Origin: Prochlorococcus marinus str. MIT 0919
GTDB lineage: Bacteria; Cyanobacteriota; Cyanobacteriia; PCC-6307; Cyanobiaceae
Direction: 5' to 3'
NCBI RefSeq assembly: GCF_027359375.1
Contig: NZ_CP114779.1
Coordinates: 1,481,598-1,505,597 of the forward strand
DNA length: 24,000 nt
Shown: piece after piece, positions 1 to 10,408 of the stretch
Layout of the letters: the number at the start of each line of letters is the position of its first letter
Numbering within the stretch: position 1 is the stretch's first letter
The notes under the pieces: generated by a model
The model's input: only the letters and a program-made list of their open reading frames with translations
Database searches by the model: none
Told to the model about the DNA's origin: nothing
Program-made: the position numbers and the translations under genes

Positions 1-62
1 GATATGTTTGCACCTAAGGCAAGCACAAGAGTGTTTGTTCTGGACGAGTTCAAAGAGGACAT
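1..62 (-). CDS. folK: 2-amino-4-hydroxy-6-hydroxymethyldihydropteridine pyrophosphokinase (HPPK), 5' fragment cut by the window edge
   Basis: Reverse strand from ATG at 62 reads MSSLNSSRTNTLVLALGANI..., resembling the N-terminal LALGxNxG segment of HPPK. It is divergent from chlD. Only 20 codons are visible. Confidence 0.55.
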   Translation of the reverse strand, partial: MSSLNSSRTNTLVLALGANI

Positions 63-111
63 GGTTTTATTAGTCAAACTGATGCAAAAATGATCAGGGT
101 AGGGATTTTCG

Positions 112-2232
112 ATGGTTTCAAGCGGAGCTAACACCACTCTTAATAATCAAAGCCTCGATTCTATGGAGATAGACAACCGAGCTTTCCCTTTGGCTGCAAT
201 TACAGGTCATGGGACTCTTAAGCTTGCTTTAATGCTTGCTGCTGTTGATCCGGCCTTAGGAGGGGTGATCATTGCTGGTGGCAGGGGCACTGGTAAATCC
301 GTCTTAGCAAGGGGGTTACATGCACTTTTGCCACCAATAGAAGTTTTAGACTTAGAGACTCCTTCTCTCCAGTATCAGCTTCGCCCTATTGGATTAAATC
401 TTGATCCAAAAAGACCAGAAGAATGGGATGAAATTAGCAAACGAATTATTCAACTAGAAAAAGAGTCTTCTCTTGATAATAAAGAACACGAAGCTCCTAA
501 AAGAGTTGTGAAAGCCCCTTTTGTCCAGGTGCCACTTGGGATTACAGAAGACAGATTGGTAGGCTCAGTAGATGTAGCATCTTCACTTGCTTCTGGAAAT
601 GCAGTTTTCCAACCTGGATTATTAGCCGAATCACATAGAGGTGTTTTGTATATAGATGAATTAAATCTTTTAGATGATGGAATTGTGAACCTTATGTTGG
701 CCGCAGTTGGATCTGGTGAAAATTTAATAGAGAGAGAAGGTTTGAGCCTTAGACATCCATGCCGCCCATTATTAATTGCAACATATAATCCAGAAGAGGG
801 AGCTGTGCGTGATCATTTACTAGATAGATTTGCAATTGTTTTATCTGCCGATCAGATTGTTTCTAATGAACAAAGAGTTGAGATAACAAAATCTTCAATG
901 GCGTTTGGTGAATCAAGTAAGACTTTTTCGAAAACTTGGTCTGAAGCCACTGAATCCTTGGCAACCCAATTGTTACTAGCAAGACAGTGGCTTCAAGATG
1001 TTCAAATAACTAAAGATCAGATTGAATATTTAGTGATCGAAGCAATTAGAGGTGGAGTAGAAGGCCATCGATCTGAATTGTATGCAGTACGCGTTGCTAA
1101 AGCTCATGCTGCTTTGTCTGGTAGAGATAAAGTGGATGCAGATGATTTACAAGTTGCTGTTCGCTTGGTTATAGCTCCTCGAGCTTTGCAGTTGCCACCT
1201 AATGAAGATCAAATGGAGCCTCCGCCTCCTGAAGATCAGCCGCCTCCACCTGACCAGTCTCAAGATGATGATTTAGAAGATCAAGATTCTGAAGATGATG
1301 ATGAAGACACTCCTGAAGATCAGCAAGCACCCCCTATTCCAGAAGAATTTATGCTTGACCCTGAGGCTTGTGCCATTGACCCAGACTTGTTGCTTTTCTC
1401 TTCGGCAAAAGCAAAAACTGGAAACAGTGGTAGTAGATCAGCTGTTTTTAGTGATAGTCGCGGACGATATGTAAAACCAATTCTCCCTAGGGGACCTGTT
1501 ACTCGGATTGCGGTTGATGCAACTTTAAGAGCAGCTGCTCCTTATCAGAAGGCTCGACGAGAGAGAGACCCATCTAGGAAGGTTATTGTAGAAGAAGGAG
1601 ATCTGCGGGCAAAGCTTCTTCAGCGAAAAGCAGGAGCTCTTGTGATTTTTTTAGTGGATGCAAGTGGGTCAATGGCTCTAAATCGCATGCAGAGCGCTAA
1701 AGGAGCTTTGATAAGGTTGCTTTCCGAAGCCTATGAGAATCGAGACGAAGTCTCTTTGATTCCTTTTAGAGGAGAGCAGGCAGAAGTTTTGCTACCTCCT
1801 ACAAGGTCTATAACTGCTGCCAAAAGACGTTTGGAAACAATGCCTTGCGGGGGGGGGTCTCCTCTCGCTCACGGATTGACTCAGGCAGCAAGAGTCGGTG
1901 CCAATGCACTCGCTACAGGGGATTTGGGTCAGGTTGTAGTAGTAGCAATTACCGATGGTAGAGGTAATGTCCCATTGGGGATATCCTTAGGCCAGCCTTC
2001 AATAGAAGGAGAAGAACCAGTTGACTTAAAACAAGAGGTTTTAGATGTAGCTTCTCGCTATAGAAGTTTGGGCATAAAGTTACTAGTTATAGATACTGAA
2101 AGAAAGTTTATTGCTAGTGGTATGGGAAAAGACTTGGCAGAATCAGCAGGTGGTAAATATGTTCAACTTCCTAAAGCCAGCGACCAGGCAATAGCTTCTA
2201 TTGCAATGGATGCTATTAATGAGGTCAAATAA
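112..2232 (+). CDS. chlD: Magnesium chelatase subunit D (protoporphyrin IX Mg-chelatase, ChlD)
   Basis: 706 aa. N-terminal AAA+ domain ([14 protein letters not shown]), central proline/acidic linker ([13 protein letters not shown]...[11 protein letters not shown]), and C-terminal vWA/MIDAS domain ([14 protein letters not shown]). Confidence 0.97.
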   Translation: MVSSGANTTLNNQSLDSMEIDNRAFPLAAITGHGTLKLALMLAAVDPALGGVIIAGGRGTGKSVLARGLHALLPPIEVLDLETPSLQYQLRPIGLNLDPKRPEEWDEISKRIIQLEKESSLDNKEHEAPKRVVKAPFVQVPLGITEDRLVGSVDVASSLASGNAVFQPGLLAESHRGVLYIDELNLLDDGIVNLMLAAVGSGENLIEREGLSLRHPCRPLLIATYNPEEGAVRDHLLDRFAIVLSADQIVSNEQRVEITKSSMAFGESSKTFSKTWSEATESLATQLLLARQWLQDVQITKDQIEYLVIEAIRGGVEGHRSELYAVRVAKAHAALSGRDKVDADDLQVAVRLVIAPRALQLPPNEDQMEPPPPEDQPPPPDQSQDDDLEDQDSEDDDEDTPEDQQAPPIPEEFMLDPEACAIDPDLLLFSSAKAKTGNSGSRSAVFSDSRGRYVKPILPRGPVTRIAVDATLRAAAPYQKARRERDPSRKVIVEEGDLRAKLLQRKAGALVIFLVDASGSMALNRMQSAKGALIRLLSEAYENRDEVSLIPFRGEQAEVLLPPTRSITAAKRRLETMPCGGGSPLAHGLTQAARVGANALATGDLGQVVVVAITDGRGNVPLGISLGQPSIEGEEPVDLKQEVLDVASRYRSLGIKLLVIDTERKFIASGMGKDLAESAGGKYVQLPKASDQAIASIAMDAINEVK

Positions 2233-2246
2233 TTGAGCTTTGATTA

Positions 2247-3092
2247 TTAAGGATAAAGGTCATTAAATAATTTACCTATGCCAACTGCTGCACTTTGCAA
2301 GGCATCTTTTAACTCTTCATTATTGAGAATTTCACTTAAATCAGTAGCTAACTTGTCCAGTTTCTGTGTGGTTGAACTCATTGAACTTGCAGTTAATTTA
2401 ATGTCTTCAAGCGTCTCAGGGCTATCTATAGCAGCTAAAATATTATTTATGTGCGCAACAGTCTTCCTTAGCTCTGTGATTATTGGCTTGGCACGGTTCA
2501 TTTCTTGCTTTGATAATTGTATCAGTTCTTTTAATTCTGTTTGAGTATCATCGAAATTACTGATTGACTTTACAACTTTAGCTACAACCTCTTCTTCGCC
2601 TGCTTGATTGAGTAAGTTATTTAATTCTTCAGTTAAAGTCGAAATACTTTTAATTGCTCTTCCCTGTATAACATCATTTTCGCACAAGATTAAATTCCCA
2701 GGACAATCTTGATGTGTTGGTAAATTGTTTAAGTTTTCAAGCGGCTTCCCTTTACTAATTAAGGCTACTTCTATATCTCTACCAAGGACTGAGCTTGCTA
2801 GAACTTTTGCATAAACTGGTTTATATAAAATAAGTTTTTTATTATTAATATTAATTTTAGTCTTTACATTTTGCACATCAAAAGAAACATCTTCAATAGT
2901 ACCTACTTTGATACCCCGAAAGGTAACAGGTGTTCCTTCTGATAAGCCACTGGCATCATCAAAATTAGCAATAAAATCCCAATTATTTCTATTCAGCCTT
3001 AGCCCTTCTAGCCAAATCATTAAACCAGAAAATATTACTACGCCTCCTAAAAGAGTAAAACCAACAATTGCATCTCTATGGCTTCTTTTCAT
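2247..3092 (-). CDS. MCE-domain (MlaD-like) ABC transporter substrate-binding/lipid-transport protein
   Basis: 281 aa. N-terminal TM helix followed by an MCE/MlaD motif (FDDASGLSEGTPVTFRGIKVGTIEDVSFD...), then a coiled-coil-like tail. Adjacent to an MlaF-like ATPase. Confidence 0.88.
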   Translation of the reverse strand: MKRSHRDAIVGFTLLGGVVIFSGLMIWLEGLRLNRNNWDFIANFDDASGLSEGTPVTFRGIKVGTIEDVSFDVQNVKTKININNKKLILYKPVYAKVLASSVLGRDIEVALISKGKPLENLNNLPTHQDCPGNLILCENDVIQGRAIKSISTLTEELNNLLNQAGEEEVVAKVVKSISNFDDTQTELKELIQLSKQEMNRAKPIITELRKTVAHINNILAAIDSPETLEDIKLTASSMSSTTQKLDKLATDLSEILNNEELKDALQSAAVGIGKLFNDLYP

Positions 3093-3097
3093 CGTAA

Positions 3098-3910
3098 TTA
3101 AATTATTTCAGGTTGAATAGGACCTCGAAGGCTACCTTCTCTAAATTGTTTGATATAAGGATTATCAGTTTCCCTAAATTCTTGAATTGTGCCATCCCAT
3201 TGGATCTTACCTCCATATAGCATTAACACTCTTTCAGCAGCTCTTTCTATTGTGCTCATTACATGGCTGACAACTATGGAACAGCCTTTGGCTACATTAG
3301 TAGTTTTAATAATTAAATCTTCTATTCTCGTACAAGCTATAGGGTCTAAACCAGAGGTAGGTTCATCAAATAAAAGTAATGGCATTGAAGATGAATTTAA
3401 ATAAGGGCTTTTAATTAATGCGCGAGCAAAGCTGACTCTTTTTTGCATTCCTCCACTTAATTCGCCAGGTAATTTATTACTTACATTGTAGAGGCCAACT
3501 TCTTTAAGGCAAGTTATGACAATGTCTCTTACCTTGCTTTTACTAAGGCTTGTATTTTTTCTTAAGAGAAAACCTACGTTTTCTTCAACTGTCAAAGAGC
3601 CTAAAAGTGCAGGGTTTTGAAAAACTAAACGCACGTCTGGAGGATTGTTTTGGTCCAGACGCAAATATTTTTGACTAGTGCCAAACAATTTAATTTCGCC
3701 ACTTGTTGGAAGCAGCAAACCTGCAAGAACCTTTAGTGTTGTTGATTTGCCACAACCTGATGGCCCAATGATCGCAATTTTTTCACCAGGTTTCATGATT
3801 AAATCAAATTGATTTAATACTGGCTTTGAATCCCATTGCACCACTAAACTTTCAATATCAATAATTGGTAAGGTATCTTTTACCATTCTGTTTGTTCTTG
3901 AATGTTCCAT
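3098..3910 (-). CDS. ABC transporter ATP-binding protein, MlaF-like (lipid/organic solvent transport type)
   Basis: 270 aa with Walker A GPSGCGKST, signature LSGGMQKRVSFARAL, and Walker B LLLFDEPTSGLDP. Encoded together with the MCE-domain gene. Confidence 0.9.
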   Translation of the reverse strand: MEHSRTNRMVKDTLPIIDIESLVVQWDSKPVLNQFDLIMKPGEKIAIIGPSGCGKSTTLKVLAGLLLPTSGEIKLFGTSQKYLRLDQNNPPDVRLVFQNPALLGSLTVEENVGFLLRKNTSLSKSKVRDIVITCLKEVGLYNVSNKLPGELSGGMQKRVSFARALIKSPYLNSSSMPLLLFDEPTSGLDPIACTRIEDLIIKTTNVAKGCSIVVSHVMSTIERAAERVLMLYGGKIQWDGTIQEFRETDNPYIKQFREGSLRGPIQPEII

Positions 3911-3987
3911 CTAGCTTCGTTTAAATAGACTCTAGGGCAACTTCCCTTTTAAACTTATTAGCAATTAATCTGCTTTAGTTTTTAGAT

Positions 3988-5412
3988 TTGTCTTTGTTGA
4001 ATAAGCCATTTAAAAAAAGAACACTTAGGAGGCAAATCTCTAGGCATAACTCCCCTAAGGATACTTTAAGGAAAGGAAGTCAATTAAATTTTTTAAGGCG
4101 ATCACAAAGGGCGGTGCGTTGGTTATTGCCAGGTTTAGTAGTAAAGCGGTGGATGTTTACTTCTGGAATTGGTTTGATAGTAGCCCTTTTTGGAGCAGCT
4201 ATTTGGGCGAATTTAAGGCCTGTTTATTGGGCTGTTGAAGGACTTTTTTGGTTTCTTGAAACTATTACTACCTTCCTTCCAAGAAGTTTTACAGGTCCAT
4301 TGGTATTTCTTGTAGGTATTGGCTTACTGCTATGGGGGCAGAGTAGAAGCTTTGACTCTATACAACAAGCTGTAGCTCCAGATAAGGATGCAATCTTAGT
4401 AGATGCGTTAATGGTAAAAAGTAAGCGCAATAGAGGACCAAACATTGTTGCGATTGGTGGTGGAACAGGTTTGGCTTCTTTGCTACAGGGATTGAAGCGC
4501 TATAGCAGTCGAATCACTGCAATAGTCACAGTTGCGGATGATGGAGGTAGCAGCGGAATTTTGAGAAGGGAACTAGGTGTGCAGCCTCCTGGTGATATTC
4601 GCAATTGTCTAGCCGCTTTATCTAATGAGGAACCATTGCTAACAAGGCTGTTTCAATATCGCTTCTCTTCTGGCACTGGCTTGGCTGGTCATAGCTTTGG
4701 TAACTTATTCCTTTCGGCCTTAACTTCCATTACAGGTAATATTGATACAGCCATTACGGCTTCAAGTCGAATTCTTGCAGTTCAAGGTCAAGTTGTTCCT
4801 GCCACAAATGCGGATGTGTGCTTATGGGCAGAGTTGGAAAATGGAGAACATGTTGAAGGGGAATCATCTATAGGGAGAGCTTCAAACCCAATCGTTAGAA
4901 TTGGTTGTTATCCTGAAAAGCCACCTGCGATACCAAGGGCTTTAGATGCCATAGAGAATGCTGAGCTAATTTTGCTAGGCCCAGGTAGCTTATTTACTTC
5001 GTTATTGCCAAATTTATTAGTACCTGAGATTGTTGCTGCAATTCAAAAAAGCAAAGCACCTAAATTATATATTTGCAATTTAATGACTCAACCAGGGGAG
5101 ACCGATGGACTTGATGTTAGTGGACATATTAGAGCTATTGAAGCCCAATTAGCTAGTCTGGGAATTACAAATCGCATTTTTAATGATATTCTTGCGCAAG
5201 AACAATTAGGTGCTTCACCTCTTATTGAATATTATCGTTCAAGAGGAGCTGAACCAGTTAAATGCGATAGGCAAAATCTTATTTCTAAAGGCTATAAGGT
5301 TTATTTAACTTCTCTACAAGGATCTAAAACTACACCAACATTAAGACATGATCCAAGGAGCTTATCTATAGCTGTAATGCGCTTTTATAGAAAATATAAA
5401 AGAGAGCATTAA
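3988..5412 (+). CDS. YvcK/CofD-family protein (putative gluconeogenesis factor type) with an N-terminal membrane-anchored extension
   Basis: 474 aa. N-terminal two-helix hydrophobic region, then [56 protein letters not shown], typical of the YvcK/UPF0052 family. Confidence 0.9.
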   Translation: MSLLNKPFKKRTLRRQISRHNSPKDTLRKGSQLNFLRRSQRAVRWLLPGLVVKRWMFTSGIGLIVALFGAAIWANLRPVYWAVEGLFWFLETITTFLPRSFTGPLVFLVGIGLLLWGQSRSFDSIQQAVAPDKDAILVDALMVKSKRNRGPNIVAIGGGTGLASLLQGLKRYSSRITAIVTVADDGGSSGILRRELGVQPPGDIRNCLAALSNEEPLLTRLFQYRFSSGTGLAGHSFGNLFLSALTSITGNIDTAITASSRILAVQGQVVPATNADVCLWAELENGEHVEGESSIGRASNPIVRIGCYPEKPPAIPRALDAIENAELILLGPGSLFTSLLPNLLVPEIVAAIQKSKAPKLYICNLMTQPGETDGLDVSGHIRAIEAQLASLGITNRIFNDILAQEQLGASPLIEYYRSRGAEPVKCDRQNLISKGYKVYLTSLQGSKTTPTLRHDPRSLSIAVMRFYRKYKREH

Positions 5413-5963
5413 TATGCATCTTGCATTTCATAGAAATCAGGCTGAACGTAGTCTTTTCGAAGCGGCCAACCTTTCCAGTCTTCTGGCATAAGTAATCTTT
5501 TGGGGTGAGGGTGACCAGCAAAATTTATACCAAACATGTCATAAGTCTCTCTTTCTTGCCAGTCACTTCCTTTAAATATTTGATATAAGCTAGGAACCCT
5601 CATTTCTTCGTTCCTGTCAAGGAAGACTTTCATTCTGATTTCCCTAGGATGGAAATCATCTTTAAAATCTCTAATTTCTATAAGATGGTAAAAACAAACA
5701 AGAGACAACCCTGCCCCTTCGTCATAACCTCCTTGGCATTGCAAATAATTAAAGCCATTACTTTTCAAGGCAGAAGCAGCTTTTAGCAAAAAGTTTGGAT
5801 TGACTGCAATATTTTCTATCCCTATGTGATCAGATCCTATAGGGGCGTTTTCAATACCTTGAGTATTCAGCCATTGACTTATTGGGCCAGGCTCTATTAC
5901 CTCTACTTCTTTCGCTTCAGGGTTAGATAGATTTTGTTTTGATGCTTCAGGATCTAATGCCAT
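5409..5963 (-). CDS. ndhJ: NAD(P)H-quinone oxidoreductase subunit J
   Basis: 184 aa with the complex I 30-kDa signature ([36 protein letters not shown]). Downstream of ndhK and ndhC. Confidence 0.95.
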   Translation of the reverse strand: MALDPEASKQNLSNPEAKEVEVIEPGPISQWLNTQGIENAPIGSDHIGIENIAVNPNFLLKAASALKSNGFNYLQCQGGYDEGAGLSLVCFYHLIEIRDFKDDFHPREIRMKVFLDRNEEMRVPSLYQIFKGSDWQERETYDMFGINFAGHPHPKRLLMPEDWKGWPLRKDYVQPDFYEMQDAY

Positions 5964-5968
5964 GTTTG

Positions 5969-6727
5969 CTATGTGATGGTTTCTTTCGAGGGTTCAGTTT
6001 TTGCTTGAAGAGGCGTTTCTTGAGAACCTTTTAAAGCAAATTGTTGAGACTCTGCTTTTAAGTAAGCACCGGTGATTTGAGATTCAACTTTTTTCATCTC
6101 ATGTCGAACAGTAAAATAACGATGAGTCTGGACTAGCTTCCCTCGTTCTTGAAATGACTCATTACTAACTTTTTTTCTCAATTTGACCACTGCATCAAAT
6201 ATTGCTTCAGGTCTTGGTGGACATCCTGGTAAGTAAAGATCTACAGGGATTAATTTATCTACGCCTCTAACAGCTGTAGTTGAGTCTGCACTAAACATCC
6301 CACCAGTGATTGTGCATGCACCCATTGCAATTACATATTTGGGGTCTGGCATTTGTTCATAAAGCCTTACTAGTGCAGGAGCCATTTTCATTGTTACTGT
6401 TCCTGCCACAATTAGTAGATCAGCTTGTCTAGGCGAACTTCTTGGAACTAAGCCGAATCTATCAAAATCAAACCTTGAGCCAATTAAGGCTGCAAATTCA
6501 ATAAAGCAACATGCTGTGCCATAAAGAAGAGGCCATAAGCTACTTAACCTTGCCCAATTATGAAGATCATCAAGGCTAGTAAGAATGATGTTTTCACTTA
6601 GGTCACTAGTGACATTTGGGGATCCAACTGGACCACAAGTAGCTTCCCGAATGTCTCTAACTGCATTTGTTGTAGGTAGATCAGTCAAGTAATTAACTCC
6701 ATTCAAGTGCGCCTTTACGCCAGGCAT
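5969..6727 (-). CDS. ndhK: NAD(P)H-quinone oxidoreductase subunit K
   Basis: 252 aa with iron-sulfur cluster motifs ([37 protein letters not shown]). Confidence 0.96.
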   Translation of the reverse strand: MPGVKAHLNGVNYLTDLPTTNAVRDIREATCGPVGSPNVTSDLSENIILTSLDDLHNWARLSSLWPLLYGTACCFIEFAALIGSRFDFDRFGLVPRSSPRQADLLIVAGTVTMKMAPALVRLYEQMPDPKYVIAMGACTITGGMFSADSTTAVRGVDKLIPVDLYLPGCPPRPEAIFDAVVKLRKKVSNESFQERGKLVQTHRYFTVRHEMKKVESQITGAYLKAESQQFALKGSQETPLQAKTEPSKETIT

Positions 6728-7055
6728 ATGCTAATGCAACTATAAGAATTGCAATAAAAATCAGGGCTTCAATAAATGCCAGTAAACCAAGTTTATGAAA
6801 TGCGACGGCCCAGGGATAAAGAAAAACTGTTTCCACATCAAATATTACGAAAACAAGAGCGAACATGTAATAACGAATATTGAATTGAATCCATGCCCCT
6901 CCTATCGGCTCCATTCCTGATTCATAGGTAAGTTCTCTCTCCCCTTTTTGGCTTTTGGGTGATAAAAATTTATTGGTTACTAGTGCCAGAATCGGAACAG
7001 CACCAGAAATTATCAGAAATCCTAGAAATGCGTCGTAACCCTGAAGCGAGAACAT
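6693..7055 (-). CDS. ndhC: NAD(P)H-quinone oxidoreductase subunit 3
   Basis: 120 aa with [40 protein letters not shown]. First gene of ndhC-K-J; its 3' end overlaps the ndhK ORF start. Confidence 0.96.
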   Translation of the reverse strand: MFSLQGYDAFLGFLIISGAVPILALVTNKFLSPKSQKGERELTYESGMEPIGGAWIQFNIRYYMFALVFVIFDVETVFLYPWAVAFHKLGLLAFIEALIFIAILIVALAYAWRKGALEWS

Positions 7056-7125
7056 TAGATATAAAAAACTTTATTCTTAGTTTGACACTCACTCATAAGT
7101 AGTTTCATGGATAGAGTTAAGTTGT

Positions 7126-7569
7126 GTGAGACTGCAAACGGTGAACGACGAACAAAAAGCTGCATTAGACCAAGCCGAACCCAATAAATTGGGTAAAGAC
7201 TCTATCAATGCAGATACAAAATCTGATCAGATATCTGATCGTTCTGATGATCTCAGGCTGAATCGATTTGAGTGTAGAGGATGTGGTTACATTTATGATC
7301 CTAAAGAAGGCTTGAGGAAATATAAGATTCCTAAAGGGACTCCTTTTAAGGAAATTGACAGGCAAAAATACCGTTGTCCTGTTTGCAGAGCTAGTGTTGA
7401 TGCTTACAAAGATATCGGCGCTAAATTTAAACCTGCTGAAGGCTTTGAAGAAAACATTCAGTATGGCTTTGGTTTCAATACTCTTCCTCCTGGACAGAAG
7501 AATGTTTTGATTTTTGGTGGTCTAGCATTAGCAGCAGCTTGTTTCTTATCTCTGTATTCATTGCATTAA
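7126..7569 (+). CDS. rub: Rubredoxin with C-terminal membrane anchor (PSII/PSI assembly rubredoxin)
   Basis: 147 aa with [13 protein letters not shown]...YRCPVCRAS (two CxxC knuckles) and a C-terminal TM helix. Directly upstream of ycf48-psbEFLJ. Confidence 0.92.
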   Translation: MRLQTVNDEQKAALDQAEPNKLGKDSINADTKSDQISDRSDDLRLNRFECRGCGYIYDPKEGLRKYKIPKGTPFKEIDRQKYRCPVCRASVDAYKDIGAKFKPAEGFEENIQYGFGFNTLPPGQKNVLIFGGLALAAACFLSLYSLH

Positions 7570-7579
7570 CCTTCCTCTC

Positions 7580-8593
7580 ATGAATCGATTATTTAAAATT
7601 TCTGCAAATTTGCTTTTGTTTGTATTCGTAGCATTTGCTTTAAGTGGATGTGTCTCTACAACCAGGCTTCCTGTTGCGTCATCTTCTCCTTGGGAGCAAG
7701 TGCAGCTTGAGCTTGAAGACAATCCGCTTGATATTGCTTTTGTGGATGAAAACCATGGGTTTTTAGTCGGAGCAAATCGACTGATTCGCGAGACATTTGA
7801 TGGTGGTTCAACTTGGCAAGAAAGGGCATTAGAACTTCCAAGTGAAGAAAATTTCCGATTAATCAGTATTGATTTTAAGGGCAGTGAAGGCTGGCTTGTA
7901 GGTCAACCTGGTTTGGTTATGCATACTGATGATGCCGGGAAAAATTGGAACCGTCTTGTTCTTGGCAATAAATTACCTGGCAACCCTTATTTGATTAAAA
8001 CCCTAGGAGATAGCTCTGCGGAATTGGCCACTACAGCAGGGGCCATTTATCAAACCGTTGATGAGGGGGCAACTTGGCAAGGGAGAGTGGCGGAGGCATC
8101 AGGGGGTGTAAGGGACATGAGAAGAAGGGATGATGGTGCTTATGTAAGCGTAAGTAGTTTGGGTAATTTCTTCGTGACCTTGGAATCAGGTCAAGAAAGC
8201 TGGCAACCCCACCAAAGAGCTAGTAGCAAAAGAGTTCAAACCCTAGGCTTTCAACCAAATGGCCAACTTTGGATGTTATCGAGAGGAGCTGAAATTCGTT
8301 TTAATGAAATTGAAGGTGATTATGAAAGCTGGTCCAAGCCAAAAGTTCCAATAGTAAATGGATACAACTACTTGGATATGGCCTGGGATCCAAACGGTCA
8401 TATATGGGCTGGAGGGGGTAATGGGACTCTTCTGTTAAGTAAAGATCAAGGAGAAAGTTGGGAAAAAGATCCTCTAGGTGAATTAATTCCTACAAATTTT
8501 ATAAGGATCTTTTTTATCGATAACCCTGAGCTAAATCAGCCAAAAGGCTTTGCCCTAGGTGAAAGAGGGAATCTTTTGAGATGGATTGGTTAG
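7580..8593 (+). CDS. ycf48: Photosystem II assembly/stability factor Ycf48 (HCF136)
   Basis: 337 aa with a lipoprotein-type signal ([14 protein letters not shown]) and repeated beta-propeller motifs ([39 protein letters not shown]). Gene context before psbE. Confidence 0.94.
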   Translation: MNRLFKISANLLLFVFVAFALSGCVSTTRLPVASSSPWEQVQLELEDNPLDIAFVDENHGFLVGANRLIRETFDGGSTWQERALELPSEENFRLISIDFKGSEGWLVGQPGLVMHTDDAGKNWNRLVLGNKLPGNPYLIKTLGDSSAELATTAGAIYQTVDEGATWQGRVAEASGGVRDMRRRDDGAYVSVSSLGNFFVTLESGQESWQPHQRASSKRVQTLGFQPNGQLWMLSRGAEIRFNEIEGDYESWSKPKVPIVNGYNYLDMAWDPNGHIWAGGGNGTLLLSKDQGESWEKDPLGELIPTNFIRIFFIDNPELNQPKGFALGERGNLLRWIG

Positions 8594-8697
8594 TCTTTAT
8601 CACTTCCGAATCCACAACGCTCTGTAACCATGCTGCAAAACCAGCACAACTTTAGATAGAGCCTTGATAAGATCTTTAAGCTAATACGCGTGAGGCT

Positions 8698-8946
8698 ATG
8701 GCTGCCGGCTCCACCGGGGAACGCCCGTTTTTTGAGATCATTACAAGTGTCCGCTACTGGATCATCCATGCGGTAACTCTCCCAGCGATCTTTATCGCAG
8801 GATTCTTATTTGTGTCTACAGGCCTTGCCTATGACACATTTGGAACTCCCAGACCAGACACCTATTTTCAGGCATCTGAAACTAAGGCTCCAGTTGTATC
8901 AGAGCGTTTTGACTCTAAGGCTCAACTTGATTTGCGCCTGAAATAA
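8698..8946 (+). CDS. psbE: Cytochrome b559 alpha subunit
   Basis: 82 aa: [57 protein letters not shown], with the heme-ligand His. Confidence 0.98.
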   Translation: MAAGSTGERPFFEIITSVRYWIIHAVTLPAIFIAGFLFVSTGLAYDTFGTPRPDTYFQASETKAPVVSERFDSKAQLDLRLK

Positions 8947-8949
8947 CCA

Positions 8950-9096
8950 ATGACTAATTCTTCTTCTCCATTACAGGCTGTTGAAGTACGCACCTATCCA
9001 ATCTTTACGGTGCGTTGGCTTGCAGTACATGCACTGGCTATCCCAACAGTATTTTTCTTAGGTGCGATTGCAGCAATGCAGTTCATCCGTCGTTGA
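8950..9096 (+). CDS. psbF: Cytochrome b559 beta subunit
   Basis: 48 aa read manually (absent from the supplied ORF track): [48 protein letters not shown]. Confidence 0.98.
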
Positions 9097-9117
9097 TTAT
9101 TCGACTAATTTTTAGCC

Positions 9118-9237
9118 ATGCAAGTTAATCCAAATCCAAACAAGCTTTCGGTTGAATTAAATCGAACAAGCCTTTATCTAGGTCTTTTGCTTGTTTTTGT
9201 TCTAGGGATTTTGTTCTCAAGCTATTTCTTTAACTAA
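9118..9237 (+). CDS. psbL: Photosystem II reaction center protein L
   Basis: 39 aa read manually (absent from the supplied ORF track): [39 protein letters not shown]. Confidence 0.98.
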   Translation: MQVNPNPNKLSVELNRTSLYLGLLLVFVLGILFSSYFFN

Positions 9238-9251
9238 ACCTTTCTCTAATC

Positions 9252-9449
9252 ATGAGCTCAAAATTAAAGGGACCTGATGGCCGCATCCCAGACAGGCTTT
9301 CCGATGGGAGACCTGCTGTTTCATGGGAAAGACGCTGGACAGAAGGTACTTTGCCTTTATGGCTAGTAGCTACTGCTGGTGGCATAGCGGTAATTTTTGT
9401 TCTAGGGATCTTTTTCTATGGTTCTTACACAGGTGTTGGTTCTGCTTAG
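9252..9449 (+). CDS. psbJ: Photosystem II reaction center protein J
   Basis: 65 aa ending ...[34 protein letters not shown]. Last gene of psbEFLJ. Confidence 0.97.
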   Translation: MSSKLKGPDGRIPDRLSDGRPAVSWERRWTEGTLPLWLVATAGGIAVIFVLGIFFYGSYTGVGSA

Positions 9450-10408
9450 GACCCTTCTTTGTAAGCTTCCTCGAAGTTTCCCCAGTAGCTTTTAGTAAAT
9501 AAATTGATTTTCTTGAAGGTTTCTTTAGGGACCTTATATTTGTTTGTCAACAAACTATTCTTTAATGCCGAGTGAGACTCACTTTTAGGTCTTGTTTCAG
9601 CAATTATTTTAGCGGTTGCTTCTACTATTGTGTTTGCAACCTGAGCATTTGCTTGAAGGTTATCTAGAACCATATTTACATTTACATCCCCGTGCCGTTC
9701 ATGCCAGCAGTCATAATCGGTCACCATGCTTATTGATGCATAGGCAATTTCTGCTTCTCTTGCCAACCTTGCTTCTGTATGGTTAGTCATTCCAATAACC
9801 TTGCAGCCCCAGCTCCTATATAGAGCTGATTCGGCACGAGTAGAGAATGCAGGCCCTTCCATTGCAAGATAAATGCCTCCTTTATGAAGTTGACGTCCCT
9901 CAGGCATCAATTTAATTCCTTCTTCTGTAAGTAATCTTGAAAGATTTGGGCAGAAAGGATCAGCCATAGTGACATGGGCCACTACGCCTTCTGAAAAAAA
10001 GGTTAAAGGCCTTTGATGAGTCCTATCAATAAATTGATCAGGTACTACCATATCTAGAGGCCTTACTTGTTCTTGGAGCGATCCAACTGCAGATGGTGAG
10101 AGTATCCATCTGACATCCAATGAACGTAGAGCCCAGATATTTGCAAGATAAGGGACGCCTGTAGGAGTAAATGTATGATTTCTTCCATGTCGAGCTAGGA
10201 AAACTACTTCCATCCCTCCAAGAGTGCCCAATCTTAATTTGTCCGAAGGTGCTCCATAAGGAGTTTGAATATCAAGTTCTTTTATATTTTCCAAATTGTT
10301 GATTGAATAAAGACCACTCCCTCCTAAAACTCCAAGCCTGGAATTTTTTAAATGGCAGGTAGCAGATCCTTTTTCATGAAAATCTGAAGAAAAATGTTTG
10401 CTGATCAT
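9446..10408 (-). CDS. mtnP: S-methyl-5'-thioadenosine phosphorylase
   Basis: 320 aa with [78 protein letters not shown]. The exact start codon is uncertain. Confidence 0.93.
   Translation of the reverse strand: MISKHFSSDFHEKGSATCHLKNSRLGVLGGSGLYSINNLENIKELDIQTPYGAPSDKLRLGTLGGMEVVFLARHGRNHTFTPTGVPYLANIWALRSLDVRWILSPSAVGSLQEQVRPLDMVVPDQFIDRTHQRPLTFFSEGVVAHVTMADPFCPNLSRLLTEEGIKLMPEGRQLHKGGIYLAMEGPAFSTRAESALYRSWGCKVIGMTNHTEARLAREAEIAYASISMVTDYDCWHERHGDVNVNMVLDNLQANAQVANTIVEATAKIIAETRPKSESHSALKNSLLTNKYKVPKETFKKINLFTKSYWGNFEEAYKEGS

Noticed and set aside
1-93. Forward-strand open frame DMFAPKASTRVFVLDEFKEDMVLLVKLMQK as the tail of an upstream gene
   Set aside because: The reverse strand of the same region gives a recognisable HPPK N-terminus (LALGANI) with a start codon at 62, which fits a divergent folK/chlD layout better.
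2278-2544. 88-aa + ORF
   Set aside because: Entirely antisense to the MCE-domain gene, with no recognisable motifs.
2908-3120. 70-aa + ORF
   Set aside because: Antisense to the MCE-domain gene N-terminus and composition-driven.
3189-3404. 71-aa + ORF
   Set aside because: Antisense to the ABC ATPase gene.
4224-4445. 73-aa - ORF
   Set aside because: Antisense to the YvcK-family gene.
7165-7365. 66-aa - ORF
   Set aside because: Antisense to the rubredoxin gene.
7656-7841. 61-aa - ORF
   Set aside because: Antisense to ycf48.
9194-9410. 16-nt direct repeat TTTTTGTTCTAGGGAT in psbL (9194-9209) and psbJ (9395-9410)
   Set aside because: Explained by both proteins encoding the same FVLGI transmembrane stretch with similar codons. 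There is no evidence for a mobile or regulatory repeat.
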